The notes beneath the pieces were generated by a model that was not told the origin of the DNA, made no database searches, and worked only from the letters and a program-made list of their open reading frames with translations. The position numbers were made by a program, and so were the translations under genes. This document shows, piece by piece, positions 28,456 to 41,749 of a stretch of DNA of 64,000 nucleotides (position 1 is the first letter of the stretch; every line of letters begins with the position of its first letter). Source of the DNA: Schmidtea polychroa (lineage: Eukaryota). The DNA lies in contig CM097885.1 in assembly GCA_044892525.1 (NCBI GenBank), forward strand, positions 235,414,001-235,478,000, in the 5' to 3' direction.

Positions 28456-29173
28456 CAGTACCGGATCCCAATTGCATTTCTTCTCGGGGCCCTCAAGCTT
28501 TAAATAAAAAAAATTAATTTAAAACAGTTAGAATTTACATATTGAAATATAAATTTTAAATATTTATATAAACAAGATCCGAATATCAAAATCAAAATTC
28601 ATGATCCATTAGGAAAATAATAAAATCTAGATAATAAATCTAAATAATAAAATCTAGATCATTTTCAAATTTCTTTATTGTTAATGAATAATTAAAATTA
28701 AAATTTGATTTATCCATGTCAGCGTTAAAAGGAACTAAAAATAGATTCTGGTGCTGAAATGCGAAAATAAGTAATCCTCCAAGTCATTGACATGATGATA
28801 TTTATATATCATATATGGGTAGCTATGCTNNNNNNNNNNNNNNNNNNNNNNNNNNNNNNNNNNNNNNNNNNNNNNNNNNNNNNNNNNNNNNNNNNNNNNN
28901 NNNNNNNNNNNNNNNNNNNNNNNNNNNNNNNNNNNNNNNNNNNNNNNNNNNNNNNNNNNNNNNNNNNNNNNNNNNNNNNNNNNNNNNNNNNNNNNNNNNN
29001 NNNNNNNNNNNNNNNNNNNNNNNNNNNNNNNNNNNNNNNNNNNNNNNNNNNATAAAGCACAAGCTAAGATGTTATGTTAACGGAAGTGACTCTGATCCCC
29101 ACCACAGTATTGTTATATTTTTAATAATGATGTACCTAATATACTTTCATCAATCGTCTCATATCCGGCCCTG
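28456..29173 (+). mobile_element. Non-autonomous hAT-like element (contains a gap)
   Basis: Ends CAGTACCGGAT / ATCCGGCCCTG. 8-bp TSD gtgtaact / gtggagct (6/8 match). Confidence 0.55.
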
Positions 29174-29640
29174 GTGGAGCTTCTAACAAATATATCAAAA
29201 ATTTTATGGTTATGGTGTAAATTTACCTTCAAATAAAGAGCAAATATTACATCATAATTTAATAAAATTTTATTTTTATTTTTAATTAATTATTATTAAT
29301 AATTTATATAACATGGATCTAATATTAACATTTGTTAATCTTGTATGACAATTGAACAAATAATAACAATTTAACTAGTTATTACCAGTAACATCTTCAC
29401 CATTGATCATTTTTCAATTTCTTATATTTTCATTTATTTTTTGATTATCAATCAATATTTTATGAAATAGTAAATGGAAAACTAATGTACAAAATGATGT
29501 TATTGCAAGAATCTAAAAATTATTAAATTTAATAAAAATGTTTGTTTAAAAATAAAATTTATTTTTTAATGAAATAAGTTCTTTAAATTAATTATTTGAT
29601 ATTTGATTTTTAAAATGTTTTAAATTTGCTTGAATAGTTT

Positions 29641-29700
29641 TTATACCTGATGATGACAGTGAACCTGTTGAAATAAATCGTATAAGTGATATATGAGTGG
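29641..29700 (+). ncRNA. Degenerate hammerhead-ribozyme-like core, second copy
   Basis: CTGATGA (29647-29653), T, GACAG/CTGTT stem around TGAAC, GAAA (29670-29673). Confidence 0.35.
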
Positions 29701-30489
29701 TGTTTTTTTAATATTTAAATCACTGACATCAATGTTTTGTTTTATTTTTAATACGAATTTTCTGGCTCAGCCTTATTTTCTGGAAAGTATATACATTTTT
29801 ATACAAATACTTGGAAAAGACTGTCAAAAAGTTATGTTAATGAAGATAGGGGAAAAATTATTTTATTAATTCGATAACATTTTAATATTGCAATTACCAA
29901 AGCGCTTAGTAACAAAAGGATATGAGAAAGCAGCTTTCTAAATTGACAGCAAAATCTGCACATGATCTTTTTAGAATTTAATTTAACCAGAATTCTGAAA
30001 TAGATGGACGTAATAACATAAAATGTAAAATCTTACCCAACAATTGCTTGTTGATTCTTGTTGAACGACTTTAACCTAAATTTTGATGTTTTTCTGTATA
30101 AATTTCAGTTGAGTCAAGAAAAATAGGATTTAACCAAATTAATAAAATTACACTATAGTAAAAAAGAGTCGTTTTAATTATATCATTCTTATTATTGTAA
30201 CTTAAACAAAAATTTCAAATTACTTTGAAAAATAATTTTAACTTTAAACATCCAAGACCAAATAATATATTTTATGGCACTGCCAGTAAATAATTGATTC
30301 AATTGCATTTAAAATTATTTGTTTAAATTAAAATTTATCATAATTACTTATCAAAATATAAATATTAATGTAAATAAATGAAATAAATTTGACTAAATAT
30401 TTTATTTGCATTATTAATTTTACGAATCTTTTATCATCAATAATTAATAACGTGTTTAGTGGATGTTTAGTTTATAAGCAATTCATTTT

Positions 30490-30863
30490 GGTACTTCCGT
30501 GTTATCTTACCCCCAAAAATTAAATTAAAAAAGAACACATATAGTTATTATATTTATTTTCTAAATCACAGTTACAAACTCAGCAAATGTTTGTAAAGAG
30601 TTTGTAAATGGTCATCCAGGTGGCCAGAAAACCACAATGTCGTTGAGAATAGTGTCGAACACATCGGCACTGTTGCTTAGAACACGTTTGCGCCACATAA
30701 ACTCACATAATCACATAATCACATAAATCACAGATAGCCTTAATAAATTCATGTTCAATAATGTTCAATAACGTCATCAATAATGTATTCTCTCATTTTT
30801 ATATTGTTATTTTAATTGTATTTTATAATTTAATTTTTGGGGGTAACATAACACGGAAGTACC
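30490..30863 (-). mobile_element. Merlin (IS1016-like) deletion derivative
   Basis: About 39-bp TIR GGTACTTCCGTGTTAT(C/G)TTACCCCCAAAAATTAAATTA starting GG. 8-bp TSD ttcatttt / ttcatctt. Internal minus-strand peptide WRKRVLSNSADVFDTILNDIVVFWPPG resembles a Merlin C-terminus. Confidence 0.8.
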
Positions 30864-31663
30864 TTCATCTTTATTAAAATTTTTAAAAAATGTACAGAAA
30901 ATAGACTATTTTGAAAGAAAATTAGTTTTGAAATATTTTATTATTATTATTAATAAAATTGTCATTGTCGTGCTTAAATTCTCGATCTCTGTCGACAGAT
31001 GGAATTGATTAATATTAGTGAGCACAATAAAGAATGAAATTGTAGTGTGTGTAAAAATAATGATGAGTTTGTGTTTGTATTATAAAAATAAAAGCTTTTA
31101 TAATATAAAAAATCAATAAACTTATTATAGAAAAAGCAAACTACCTTGTGTGATGCATTGCAAGAAATAAAAGCATTTAATATAGAAATTGAGAAAGTTG
31201 TAGAAAAAATAAATTTAGCACACATACGCAGCATATAGTAAAATATGCATATAAAAAATTTAAAGAAGCAATTTTAATTTTTTGAAGAATCAATGACAGA
31301 TAAAAAATTAAAATTTTGTTCAATAAACTCTACTGAATTCAATGCTACTACTCTGGGATTTTCGAGAAAATTAAGAAAAAAATAGTGAATGTTGAAGACT
31401 AATTTTATTTCAAAATGTTATTATGAATACCAAAAATATAAAAAACTAAAATCATTAATTTTTTAATTTTGAGTGAGTGTGTAATAAATTTATTTTTTAA
31501 ATAAAATAAAATTTTAAAATTAATGTATTATTTTTTTCAAATTTTTAAAAAAATTTAATCGAGTAAGCAATTTAAATCTCTAAATTTTTTTTTGTTTTTA
31601 CCTAATGATGTCAGTGTCATTTTTTTGTAATATTTAAATCAGTGTCATGTTTATGATATTTAT

Positions 31664-32350
31664 TGTCGAACCCATATGTTACGCACGCCCATATCTTACG
31701 CAAAAAGAAAAAAATTACTAATACAAATTTATATATTCTTTTTCCTTATTTTAGTTTATGTCATGTCTTTTAAATCTTAGGGGTAAAGTTTTATTTTGTT
31801 TTTATAGCTTTTGGCGGGAAAATTTGGAGGGAATTTAAATCCCGAAAATGAAATACATTTTGACACTAGAAGAAATTGAAAAAATTAAAACTTGTCTAAA
31901 TCAAGGAAGTAGTTGGATTACTGACTTAGATAGACATTCAAAAAGAAATTTTATAAAGAAAGCTGAAAACTTTATTGAAGTGGAAAATAAGCTTTATCTA
32001 AAATCAGGAGAATGTAACAAAGAAATCATTGCAAATGATGATGAAGTTGGCCTGCACAATTTATTTGAAAGATTGCATCTCCCTGACCACACTGGGATGA
32101 AAGCAATGTATGAAAACTCAATATAATTGTACGCGGGCTTCAAAAGGGAAAGAATAACGCGATATGTATCTTCTTGTTTAATATCCAAAATTTAGAAAAA
32201 CAATAATTAAATTTCATTATTTAATTGCTTTTTATATAATATTTTGGTGTTTTTACTGCTTCTTATGCTTTTTTATCTAATTTGTTTCTTTGTGTAGAAT
32301 AAAAAAATTTTTGCGTAAGATATGGGCGTGCGTAACATATGGGTTCGACA
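31664..32350 (+). mobile_element. Ginger2/Tdd-like non-autonomous transposon (687 bp)
   Basis: Perfect 43-bp TIR with TGT...ACA termini and an exact 5-bp TSD TTTAT. The internal ORF 31848-32126 plus read-through gives an integrase-type H-x3-H...C-x2-(C) Zn motif. No DDE core. Confidence 0.8.
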
Positions 32351-32436
32351 TTTATTATACATTATTTAACTTTTTATTTTTGTTCATGATTATGACTCAA
32401 CAGGATTTTTAAAATAAGTTTTATTAAAAGCAAATA

Positions 32437-34081
32437 CAGTGATGCCTCGCAATTCAAACGCTGCTCACAACGAACTTTCCGTTCGTCCATTATGCGAATC
32501 ACACAACGGACTGCATTGTATTTTATCTTGCGCTCAAACGTACCTGTGTATCACAAGGTCGCCCCGTTTCCAAGGTTGCACGCAGTTGCATATGCATCAA
32601 CGCACGGCAGTCGTTCTTCTCTGTGCTTATCTCACGCACGTGTTTTTTTAATAAATATATTTTGTGTCTATTATGGCTTCTAAAAAGGTAGGAAGGTGAT
32701 TTTTGTTGAAATAAAGCAAGAAATAATTAGAAGGAGTAAATGTGGATGAGACAGTGCAACCTGGTCAGAGAATTTGGTCTTAGCAAGGGCACCATCTGCA
32801 TCATTTTGACCAATAAGGATGCCATCAAGTCAGAAATGATGGCCAAGTGAGTGTCAAAGTTTTTCCTTGAAAAACATAGTTCTTTAATCCACGAAGAAAT
32901 GGAAAAGCTTTTGGTGATTTGAATTAAGGATAGGCCGGTGAAAGGTGATATCTCTACCCAAAATATCATCTGTCATAGAGCCAAAGTCATCTATGACGAT
33001 TTAAAGAAAAATTATCCTGAAAAGCAGTAAAGGTGAGGAGAAAGAATTCACACAGGAAGAAGAACCCATATTGTTAATGAGGCTGACAGTGTGTACAAGA
33101 AAGAAGCAAAGAAATTGCGGAGTCACAAACCCATGAAGGACAGAGTGACACTTCTGTTTTCATTTATTCCCAGCAGAAACCTGAAGGTCAAACCTCTGCT
33201 AGTTAATCATTCTGAAAATCTTAGGGTTTTCAAGAAAAACAGCATTATGAAGTCATAACTGTTCGTCCATTGGAAGTCCAAGGAATGAATTCTGGAAACC
33301 TTTGCTCTTGCTGTGAAAAATTACTTGCTGAACAAAGAAATTTTGCTTAAAGCCTTGCTAATACTGGACAATGCCCCTTTTCACTCATAAGACTTGGAGG
33401 AAAGTTATCCTTTTTTCAAGGTGCAGTATCTAATAAGGTGTTTCAAGATTGTAAATTTTGTGGAGAGATGACTGTCCGGAAATTCTGGAAAGAGAAGTTT
33501 GATATTCTTATACAAAATGCCTTGGGAGAAGTTCATCAAAGGACTCTCAATTCAGCCTGGAAGATGCTTGCCAGAAATAAACAGTTGAGGACACAGAAGT
33601 GGTGAAGGACATCACCGTGGTGGCCCGAAAGTTGGAATTGAAGATAGAGAATGAGGAAATGCATGAGCTTCTTGAGGAACACCAAGAATAGCTGACAACT
33701 GAAGAGCTCCAAGCACTTCTGGTCCAACAATATGATGAAGTTCAAAGGGAAGTTTTATCTGACAACGATGATGAGCAATCAAATCAACCAATCTCTACTA
33801 TGACACCCTTGCCCGTTATTTTCGGCAGGTGTTGAAGAAGAGAGAGAAACATACAACCTTGGTAAGGTTTCCATAAAGCTAGCAGCCAAGAAGCAAAGGA
33901 TGGAACAAAAGGACTTGACACTTGGTAGACTCTCATAAATTTGAGTCTGACTAAAAACTATTTTTTAAAGAAATATGCTACAGAACGAATTAAAATTTTA
34001 ACATGTTGTTATGGGGAAACGCGTTTGCATAACGTACTTGGTCCTGGAACGAATTAAATACGTTATGCGCGGTCATCACTG
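32437..34081 (+). mobile_element. Tigger-like DNA transposon, decayed
   Basis: Termini CAGTGATG...CATCACTG with TA TSD. Remnants EMEKLLVI, KPMKDRVTLLF, VKPLLVNHSEN and KALLILDNAP. Confidence 0.85.
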
Positions 34082-35439
34082 TATTCGAATAAAGCTTGAA
34101 GAATTTAATTATGTATTTTCACATTCTGAGAGATACCAACAAACTAAAATCATGCATCTGCTATTTTATACATAAATTTATGAAATGAAATTACATAGTT
34201 ATATTAAAGATAAATTCGTTGTTAGATTCGTCTCACATATCCCATTAGAAATGAATTTCTCAGTTTATAAATAAAAATTAAATATATGAAAAAATAAAAA
34301 CATTTTTTGTTTTAAATTTACATTTTTTTCAATATTTTATTTTTATTTAAAAATGATAATATCAATGTAAAATGTGAATTACTTTTATTTTAACTAAGAA
34401 AATTGTTGGGGAAAATTTTTCATTTCTATTTAAAATTATTTAAAATATATCAAACTCTTACTTTCGATAATAGTTTTCGTAGAAATGCTATATAAACATG
34501 AATTGATAAGAGATAAAGGAATTGTAACGAAATTCTCCCATATTTTCAGGAGCATAGTAATTGCACGAGTGTTCTATTTCATAATAATTACGACCTCATT
34601 TCCACTACCGATCCATTCAATTTTAATGGCTAAACTTTAATTAGAATGGCAAACTTCGGACTTTCTTGCGATCTGTAATTATTGCACAAGGCAAGTAAAA
34701 TAACAGATATTGACTTTAGTTTAGATTAATCGTCGGTAAATTATTAGTTAATTACATTTTGTTCTAATGATCCTCGTAGCAAACCCGCCGTTTTGATTTG
34801 CTTGGAAATAGATATTAGTTCACATTGGAATTTTGCAGTTGTCGAATATTTTTTTCTTGGGTAAATATAAATTTATATTGTGAGATTTAACTGGAACTTT
34901 TTCCTTGGTTTCAAATTTTTTTTTGTTTATATTTATTTTTTTTATTGAGAATAAATTCAACTAGTGAATCATAAATATTCAACTGAGGATTTGGAATTTT
35001 GTGTTTAATTTTAAGGAAAACATTTTCATGCATAGTTTTTATTTTTAGATTTGTAATTTATAGTTAATTCATTATTAATGAGTTTGAGTTTTAAATAATA
35101 ATAGAGCTGGGCGTAATNNNNNNNNNNNNNNNNNNNNNNNNNNNNNNNNNNNNNNNNNNNNNNNNNNNNNNNNNNNNNNNNNNNNNNNNNNNNNNNNNNN
35201 NNNNNNNNNNNNNNNNNNNNNNNNNNNNNNNNNNNNNNNNNNNNNNNNNNNNNNNNNNNNNNNNNNNNNNNNNNNNNNNNNNNNNNNNNNNNNNNNNNNT
35301 GGTAGCAGCTTTAATTAAATTTTAAACAATTAAATGATAATTTAAGCCTTTTGCTGCGAATAATATATAACAACAACAATTCATAAATATAACTTAGAAA
35401 AAACTATTTAAAAACATTTAAAACCCAAGTAGTCACAGC

Positions 35440-35720
35440 ATTTTGCTCAATAATTTTCGGATCCAATGACTTTTTTACTAAAGCTTCACAAATTACACGT
35501 TCTTAATAATTATTGAAAATTTTTAATAATCAGACATACCTATTTTTTCCTACATCCCATATTGTGCTCACTAATATTGGTCAATGTCTTCGGTCTATAA
35601 TGTTCACAAGCTCGTATACAGAGATGATAAGAAGTCTCTCCAATGTATGTGGCATTGTACCCATTACATGTAAATTGATAAATGAGATCAGAACACAATC
35701 CCACTGAAGTTTTAAATAAT
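35440..35720 (-). pseudogene. Penelope-like GIY-YIG fragment
   Basis: Minus strand reads LCSDLIYQFTCNGYNATYIGETSYHLCIRACEHYRPK. Confidence 0.8.
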
Positions 35721-38289
35721 TAAATATTGCGTACTTTACATGAATTAGTGAAGATCTTATAATTTAAATTCCCCAGCTGCTTGCTTATCTTTCTTTTATA
35801 ATCGGTAAAACCTTCTGACTACGACAATACCAACATAAATTTAGGCTCATTTATTTTGTTGAAAATTATTTTTGTTTTATTAAATATGCGAGTTGGATTT
35901 GCAAAATTTGTTTAATATTTACGAAATATTGTTTAAAACTGTTTATTTTTTGTCAACCATTGGTAGTGGTAAGATGTTAGAATTCAATGAAAAAATAATT
36001 TTGTGGTTGAATACTTTGTAAAGTTAATCAGACAGGTGCAAGAAAGTTTCTGAAATTAAAAACATTTTCTCTTTGTGAATTATTTCACTATAACTATTTA
36101 GTTTATATTTTTCTCAAAGATTTTGTTGAAAAATAAGAGAGTAAAACCTTTTTAAATGGCTCAAAGAAGATCCCAAAACTAAACTCGTAATAAGATAAAG
36201 TTATAGAAATTTCATATAAAACTATTTCAATTAAGCTTTGGAGAATAACCGTAAAAATTAGATATCCTCCTAATTCCTTTGTTTTTTTATATCTGAAAAG
36301 AACATTATATTTTAAATTGTTACTAATTTCACACTTAAATACAGAATTTCCAAACATTTTTTGACAATTTAATCTATTTATCTGCAAGGGAATTCGTCTT
36401 AAAGGGAAAACTTCTTCATATTTACTTGCAATTTTTAACCTTTTTTCATATTTTTTAAAATTGAATTTCTTCTGGTTAAATATTTTTACTCGTCTTTTTT
36501 AATTTTGGATTTTTTTTATTATACAATTACCTTGTTGTCATTGATCACAATGGACTATTAAAAATTCATAAAAATAATTAATAACTCCAAAAATTTGCTA
36601 TTAATTGATTTCATAAGATTAATTTATTGCCTATTTGTCAATGTGATGATTTGTGACTGTTTTCAATGTTTTTTTAATTAATTAATTAATTAATTAATTC
36701 CATTTAATTTTATAGTTATTTTTTTCACTACTGGCTTCATTTTTTGTTATCCTATATCCATGAATCTTATTAAAACTCATTTGTTTCCTTCGTTTTAATA
36801 TTTGAATTTAATTAATTAATTAATTAATTTTAATTAATTCCAAACTCTTATGATAGATCAAATAATAATTTAGTGATAATAAATAGTAAAATTATGTAAA
36901 TTAACACCATCGGTTTATAATAAAATTGTATTTTTAGTTGGTTACTCAAATGATTTTGAAAATTTATAATTTTCATGTATTTTGTACGATATTAAAAGAT
37001 ATTAGGCATATTTATAAATATCAATTTTAAAGTCCAATAACCATTGCTCCTGGATCCAATTAATGAAATTTAATAAATTTGTTACATTTATTTTAAGGGG
37101 GAATTTTCCATTAATTCATTTTTGAAAATAAAATGAAAACCCAATTAATTATTAATAATTTTATTCTATATATTATTATAGACTACTTATTATTATTCAT
37201 CAGTATAATTTAAATTTTTTTATATTTATTTAGGTTTCAATATGCAGAAAAAGAATCTTAGCCAAATCAGTTATTAAATAAATAATTATAAATCCTATCA
37301 GGTAGCAAGGCATGAACAATTACATTTTGTCCTTTGTGATTGTTTGAAATTATAATTTATTTTAAATAATTTACTTTTATTTATTGTTATCAGTTAAATT
37401 TTCAAATGAGATTTTTGCCGTTGAAAATAAAATTTTGTTGTTAGACGGAAATCAATCAATTAAATTTCTTAAGGAAAACTTCAGATTGAAAAAAAATGGA
37501 ATTAAAAAATTTTCTCTCAATAGTGAACAAGGAAAATAAATTTGAAGTCTGGCATATGATATCCTTGATTAAGAACATATGATATCATCTGTTAGGAACA
37601 TTTATCGAAATTGAGTTTTTATCATTTATTTTTGTCTAAAACTGCAATTTCTACTGAATAAGATCAGTCTTTTATAGATTTGCATCTTTCTTCCAATAGT
37701 GTTAATAATTTCGGATGCGACAAAATAGGTTAGATCTAACCCAACACGCTCTGAGTTTATATTATGTATTTTTAGGTTTTAATTACCTGAAATGTGTGAC
37801 GTAAATATGACTCGTACTTTATTTGCTTATAGCAGATTCGATTTGGAAAGGGTGTATTTTAATTACATGAAAGTCATTTTAAATTTTTTTTTAAATTCAT
37901 ATTATTTTAATTTATATTTTTTTAATTACAGTCTTTATAATTAACGCTGTCTCGAATGAATTTTTTAATTTATTTAATTGCGCAAGTTTTTCTTCAATCA
38001 TGTAAATTTTTATCACTACAAAATTGGTATAAAAGCAGTTATTTTTTAAATCGGAATATTTGATTGCCTTGGATAACGTTGGTTCAGTTAACATCGCGTT
38101 TTTCTGGAACCATTACATAATTTTGTAGAAGTGAAAGTTGGCAAAGGCTGGTAAGAAGTGAGTAGGTAAAGCACAATTAGACATATGTAGTAGACTTTCA
38201 TGAGTAGACTTTCAATTTGTAGTTTAAGGTCCTAATATTGATATAATTTCCTTATTAATAATGAAGTCCTTCGGGATAGAAGAACCCCT

Positions 38290-40674
38290 ATTTAGGTGTC
38301 AATGGACAATAACATTACAAAGAATTTTATAAATATTTTATAAATTTACACCACATTTTTCACAACATTTTGTGGCATTTTTTTACAAAATGCACATCGA
38401 GTTTGTTTATTAGCTGGAATCATCCAATTAAGCCCAGTGTTTCTCAAACGGTGTGCCGTGGCACACTAGTGCGCCGTGAGGTTGAGATAGATGTGCCGCG
38501 GAACTTTTCCCCCTAAAAAGTTAGTAATAAAAAAAAATTACAAAAACTATATCAAGCTTTTCAATATGAAAAAGTCGCTTCTGTGGATCAAAATTACAAA
38601 ACATTTCTTAAAGAGAGAAGTACACAAAAAATTTAATTAGTATAGACTAAAAAGTAGCTTTTTATATATCATTGGAAAATAAAAAAATTTGTAAAAATAT
38701 TTGATTTTTAGGCAGGTGTGCCGCGAGCTAGAAAAGTCTGAGAAACACTGATCTAGCCGATCATTTCGAATTTCGACAGGCACCCTGCTAGATAATTCTT
38801 TTGAAGATTTTGGCCTTCCTTAGCCTTTTATGGGATTACCATTTTTTTAAGTACACTTGTACTATATTTCTTCTAAGCTACAAGTAATCTAACTTTATAT
38901 ATTCTGAATTTTTTCTATAAAGTTGCCAAGCATTATGAATTACAGTATCCAAACAAAAATTAAAAGTTTGACTGGTAGTTTCTTTTTTACGGAGGATATC
39001 CATCTTTGAGCCTGTCCTATTGGTTCTACAGGATCACAGGAGCTAACAGTGAGAACTACTTGGTTGTAATTCCAAGCTGTAATAGTAATGCCAGTTTTGG
39101 TGTCAGTATAAAATTCGTATGTCCCTCTTTTTTGTTTTTTTATAAATTTAGTATTTGATATAGGGCATTTTTCTGTTCTATTAGTCATTATTGTTCCCGT
39201 ATACCCTTACCCTAGTGTTTGCAAATGATTAACTAATTTTAACGAAGAAAATAAACTATCTGCATTGATTTTGAAAGGTGCATCTTTTGGGAGATTCGTC
39301 AACAAATTCACAACCACTGAACCTCCAACTCCCGATTCCATATTTTTTCTACGGGTTTGTTTTCCTTGGTATGGATCAAATTGTATGAGATAACTTAAAG
39401 GTTCACATAAACACCACATCTTATAACCGTAGCGGATTGGTTCACCACGTACAAATTGTTTAGCAGTATGTCTTCCAAAATATGGCACTATACTTTCATC
39501 TATGCTCAAATTCTCTAAAAACTCGGAGTATTTCAAATACCGGATATTTAGCAGATCAAAAAGTGGCCGAACTTTGGCAAATTTGTCATCTGGTATCAGA
39601 TTATCATTGTCAGAACAGTGGGCATATTTTTTTATTTGTTCAAACCGATTTCTTCTCATTGCATTAGCAACGACCGGATTATATGTTTCAGTATCGGTTT
39701 CCCATAACATTCTCCATCTGGGTAGATCTAAATACCTGGACAATAATAAAATTGCAATAAACCATTTTAGTTCTTTGACATCTACTTCAAAATTATGATC
39801 TCCTTTAGACCTTGCATATTTAATAAACATATTTTGAAGGAATTCATACACTTCAGCGCAAAAATATAACTCGAAATAACCCATGGAATTAGAAGGTATG
39901 GTTATTTGTGTCTTTGGAGATACAAAAGATTCAAAATTGCACACAAATTCTTTGGATTTTACCCAATGACACTGAATTTTATTCTGTTTCTGCCTCTTTG
40001 GTAACGGTGAATGAGGAACTTCGTCTTCTTCGTCATCTACGTTTTCACCCAAATTAAAAACTCATGTCGACGAATAAACTGTGGCAACAGCTGGAGCTTG
40101 CAACTGGCGCCCGCTCAGATGATTTACATCAACATTTCCATTTTCATCTCCGCTGTCCCCTTCAGTTTCAACACCGTCGTCGGGAGGGGTTATAAACACA
40201 TCTACGCTTTGTATATCCTTCCAAAAACTTTTGTCTTCAACAATTTCTTCCATCTCTGATGTTGTTAAAATTCTGGAGGAAATAAATTCAATGTTGGTAT
40301 AATCCCAGTCTTCCAAATTAGGAACATAGATAATATTGTGAATAAAAAAGTTACATATAGAAAAATTAAAAAAGTACTACACGTAACGAATCTAGACAAT
40401 AAGAGATTATAATAAGTATGAATCAATTTGTAAAAAATGTGTTATCAAGATGTGTAAACTTACTTGTCTGATGACATTTTCTTTGGAACGTAATTGATGC
40501 AAATAAAAAAGCACTGCTTATAACAGGTTTAAACCTGCAAAAATATTACAAGACATGATCTCCACGCTTACTGGCTGTAGACTGTTGCAGTCTAAACTTT
40601 TATTGCGCCGAGAATAGTGGAGAGGGGGTAAAAATACTAAATATTCTAATGTTGGAATACTGGGCAAAAATGGG
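38290..40674 (-). mobile_element. piggyBac (PGBD-like) transposon, inactive; left boundary approximate
   Basis: TTAA-CCCATTTTTGCCCAG terminus at 40674-40678. ORFs 40316-40062, 40052-39207 and 39188-38940 share one frame, separated by single stops (LSIDESIVPYFGRH, PIRYGYKMWCLC). C-terminal NAWQLYR and Cys-rich RCAFCK...CEKCGV remnants lie further left. Confidence 0.9.
38435..38750. mobile_element. hAT MITE (316 bp) nested in the piggyBac 3' end
   Basis: TIR CAGTGTTTCTCA. 8-bp TSD attaagcc / atctagcc. Internal GTGTGCCG(T/C)G repeats. Confidence 0.85.
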
Positions 40675-40839
40675 TTAAGAATTAAATATTAAATAACTGA
40701 AACATCTTTGAAGAATCGACAGTGTGTTGACAACTTTTTATTGTTTCGAGGAGTTTGTAAAAAAATATATTGTAAAAGGTGTCATTTATTTGAATTTTTA
40801 TGCCAGGAAAATAAAGTTTCTAAAATTCCCCTTCGTGGT

Positions 40840-41730
40840 GCAGAGTAACTTTCAATTAAAGCACATTCGCAATCTGATCTAAGTGTCTCAAATTTAACTC
40901 GGCAAAGAAAAAATTATTGGTTATATGGATTGAAGACAATAACCAATGGGGAATACCAATGAAAAAATGCTAAAATTATTTTTACGAATTTGAAGAGGGA
41001 GGGTACCTATGAATCGATGGAAAATGTAACATGCCAAGCAAGCCAATGTTAGTTTGGAAATTTTAAAAATCGACACAATTTGCGCAACTTAAAAATGAAA
41101 GATGAAGTAGTTAGTTCCGATGATAACGCATCTAAAGAATATTCCAATATTTTGAAAAGAATTATTGAAAAAGGTAGTTAGACAGGACTCTATTGGAAGC
41201 GAATGTTTGAATGAACGTGCATTTCAAAAACGAAAGTCTGTATCCGGTTATAAGATGTCTAAAGAACGATTAACTTTACTTCTTGGTGCAAATGCTGCGG
41301 ACGATTTTTAACTTAAGCCGCTTTAATATGTCTTTCCGAAATCCAAGGTGGTTTAAAGGGCTAGATTAGAAAAATTTGCCCGTTATTTGGAGATCCTACA
41401 ACAATGCTTGGATGACCAAATATCTCTTCGAAGATTAGTTCAAAAATCATTTTTGTCCACAAATGAGAAAATATTTACGAGACAATAACTTTAGCAAAAA
41501 ACCCTTGCTTATTTTGAATAATGCTGCAGGACATCCAATTAATTTATCTGAATTATCTGAAGATGTGGAGATATTCCCAAAAATACAACATCTATGATCC
41601 AGCCAATGGATCAGGGTACAATGGTCACATTCAAGACATATTATCTACGCAGAACATTTCGAAAACTTGTGAACGAAACCGATGGTGAATATTCGATTAG
41701 ACAATTTTGGAAAAACTACAACATCAAAGA
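40840..41730 (+). pseudogene. Decayed Tigger transposase
   Basis: EKLLVIWIED, GYKMSKERLTLLLGANAA, NAWMTKYLFED and TTSMIQPMDQG...FKTYYLRRTF. Confidence 0.9.
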
Positions 41731-41749
41731 TCCTTCACCGTTTCCTCGT

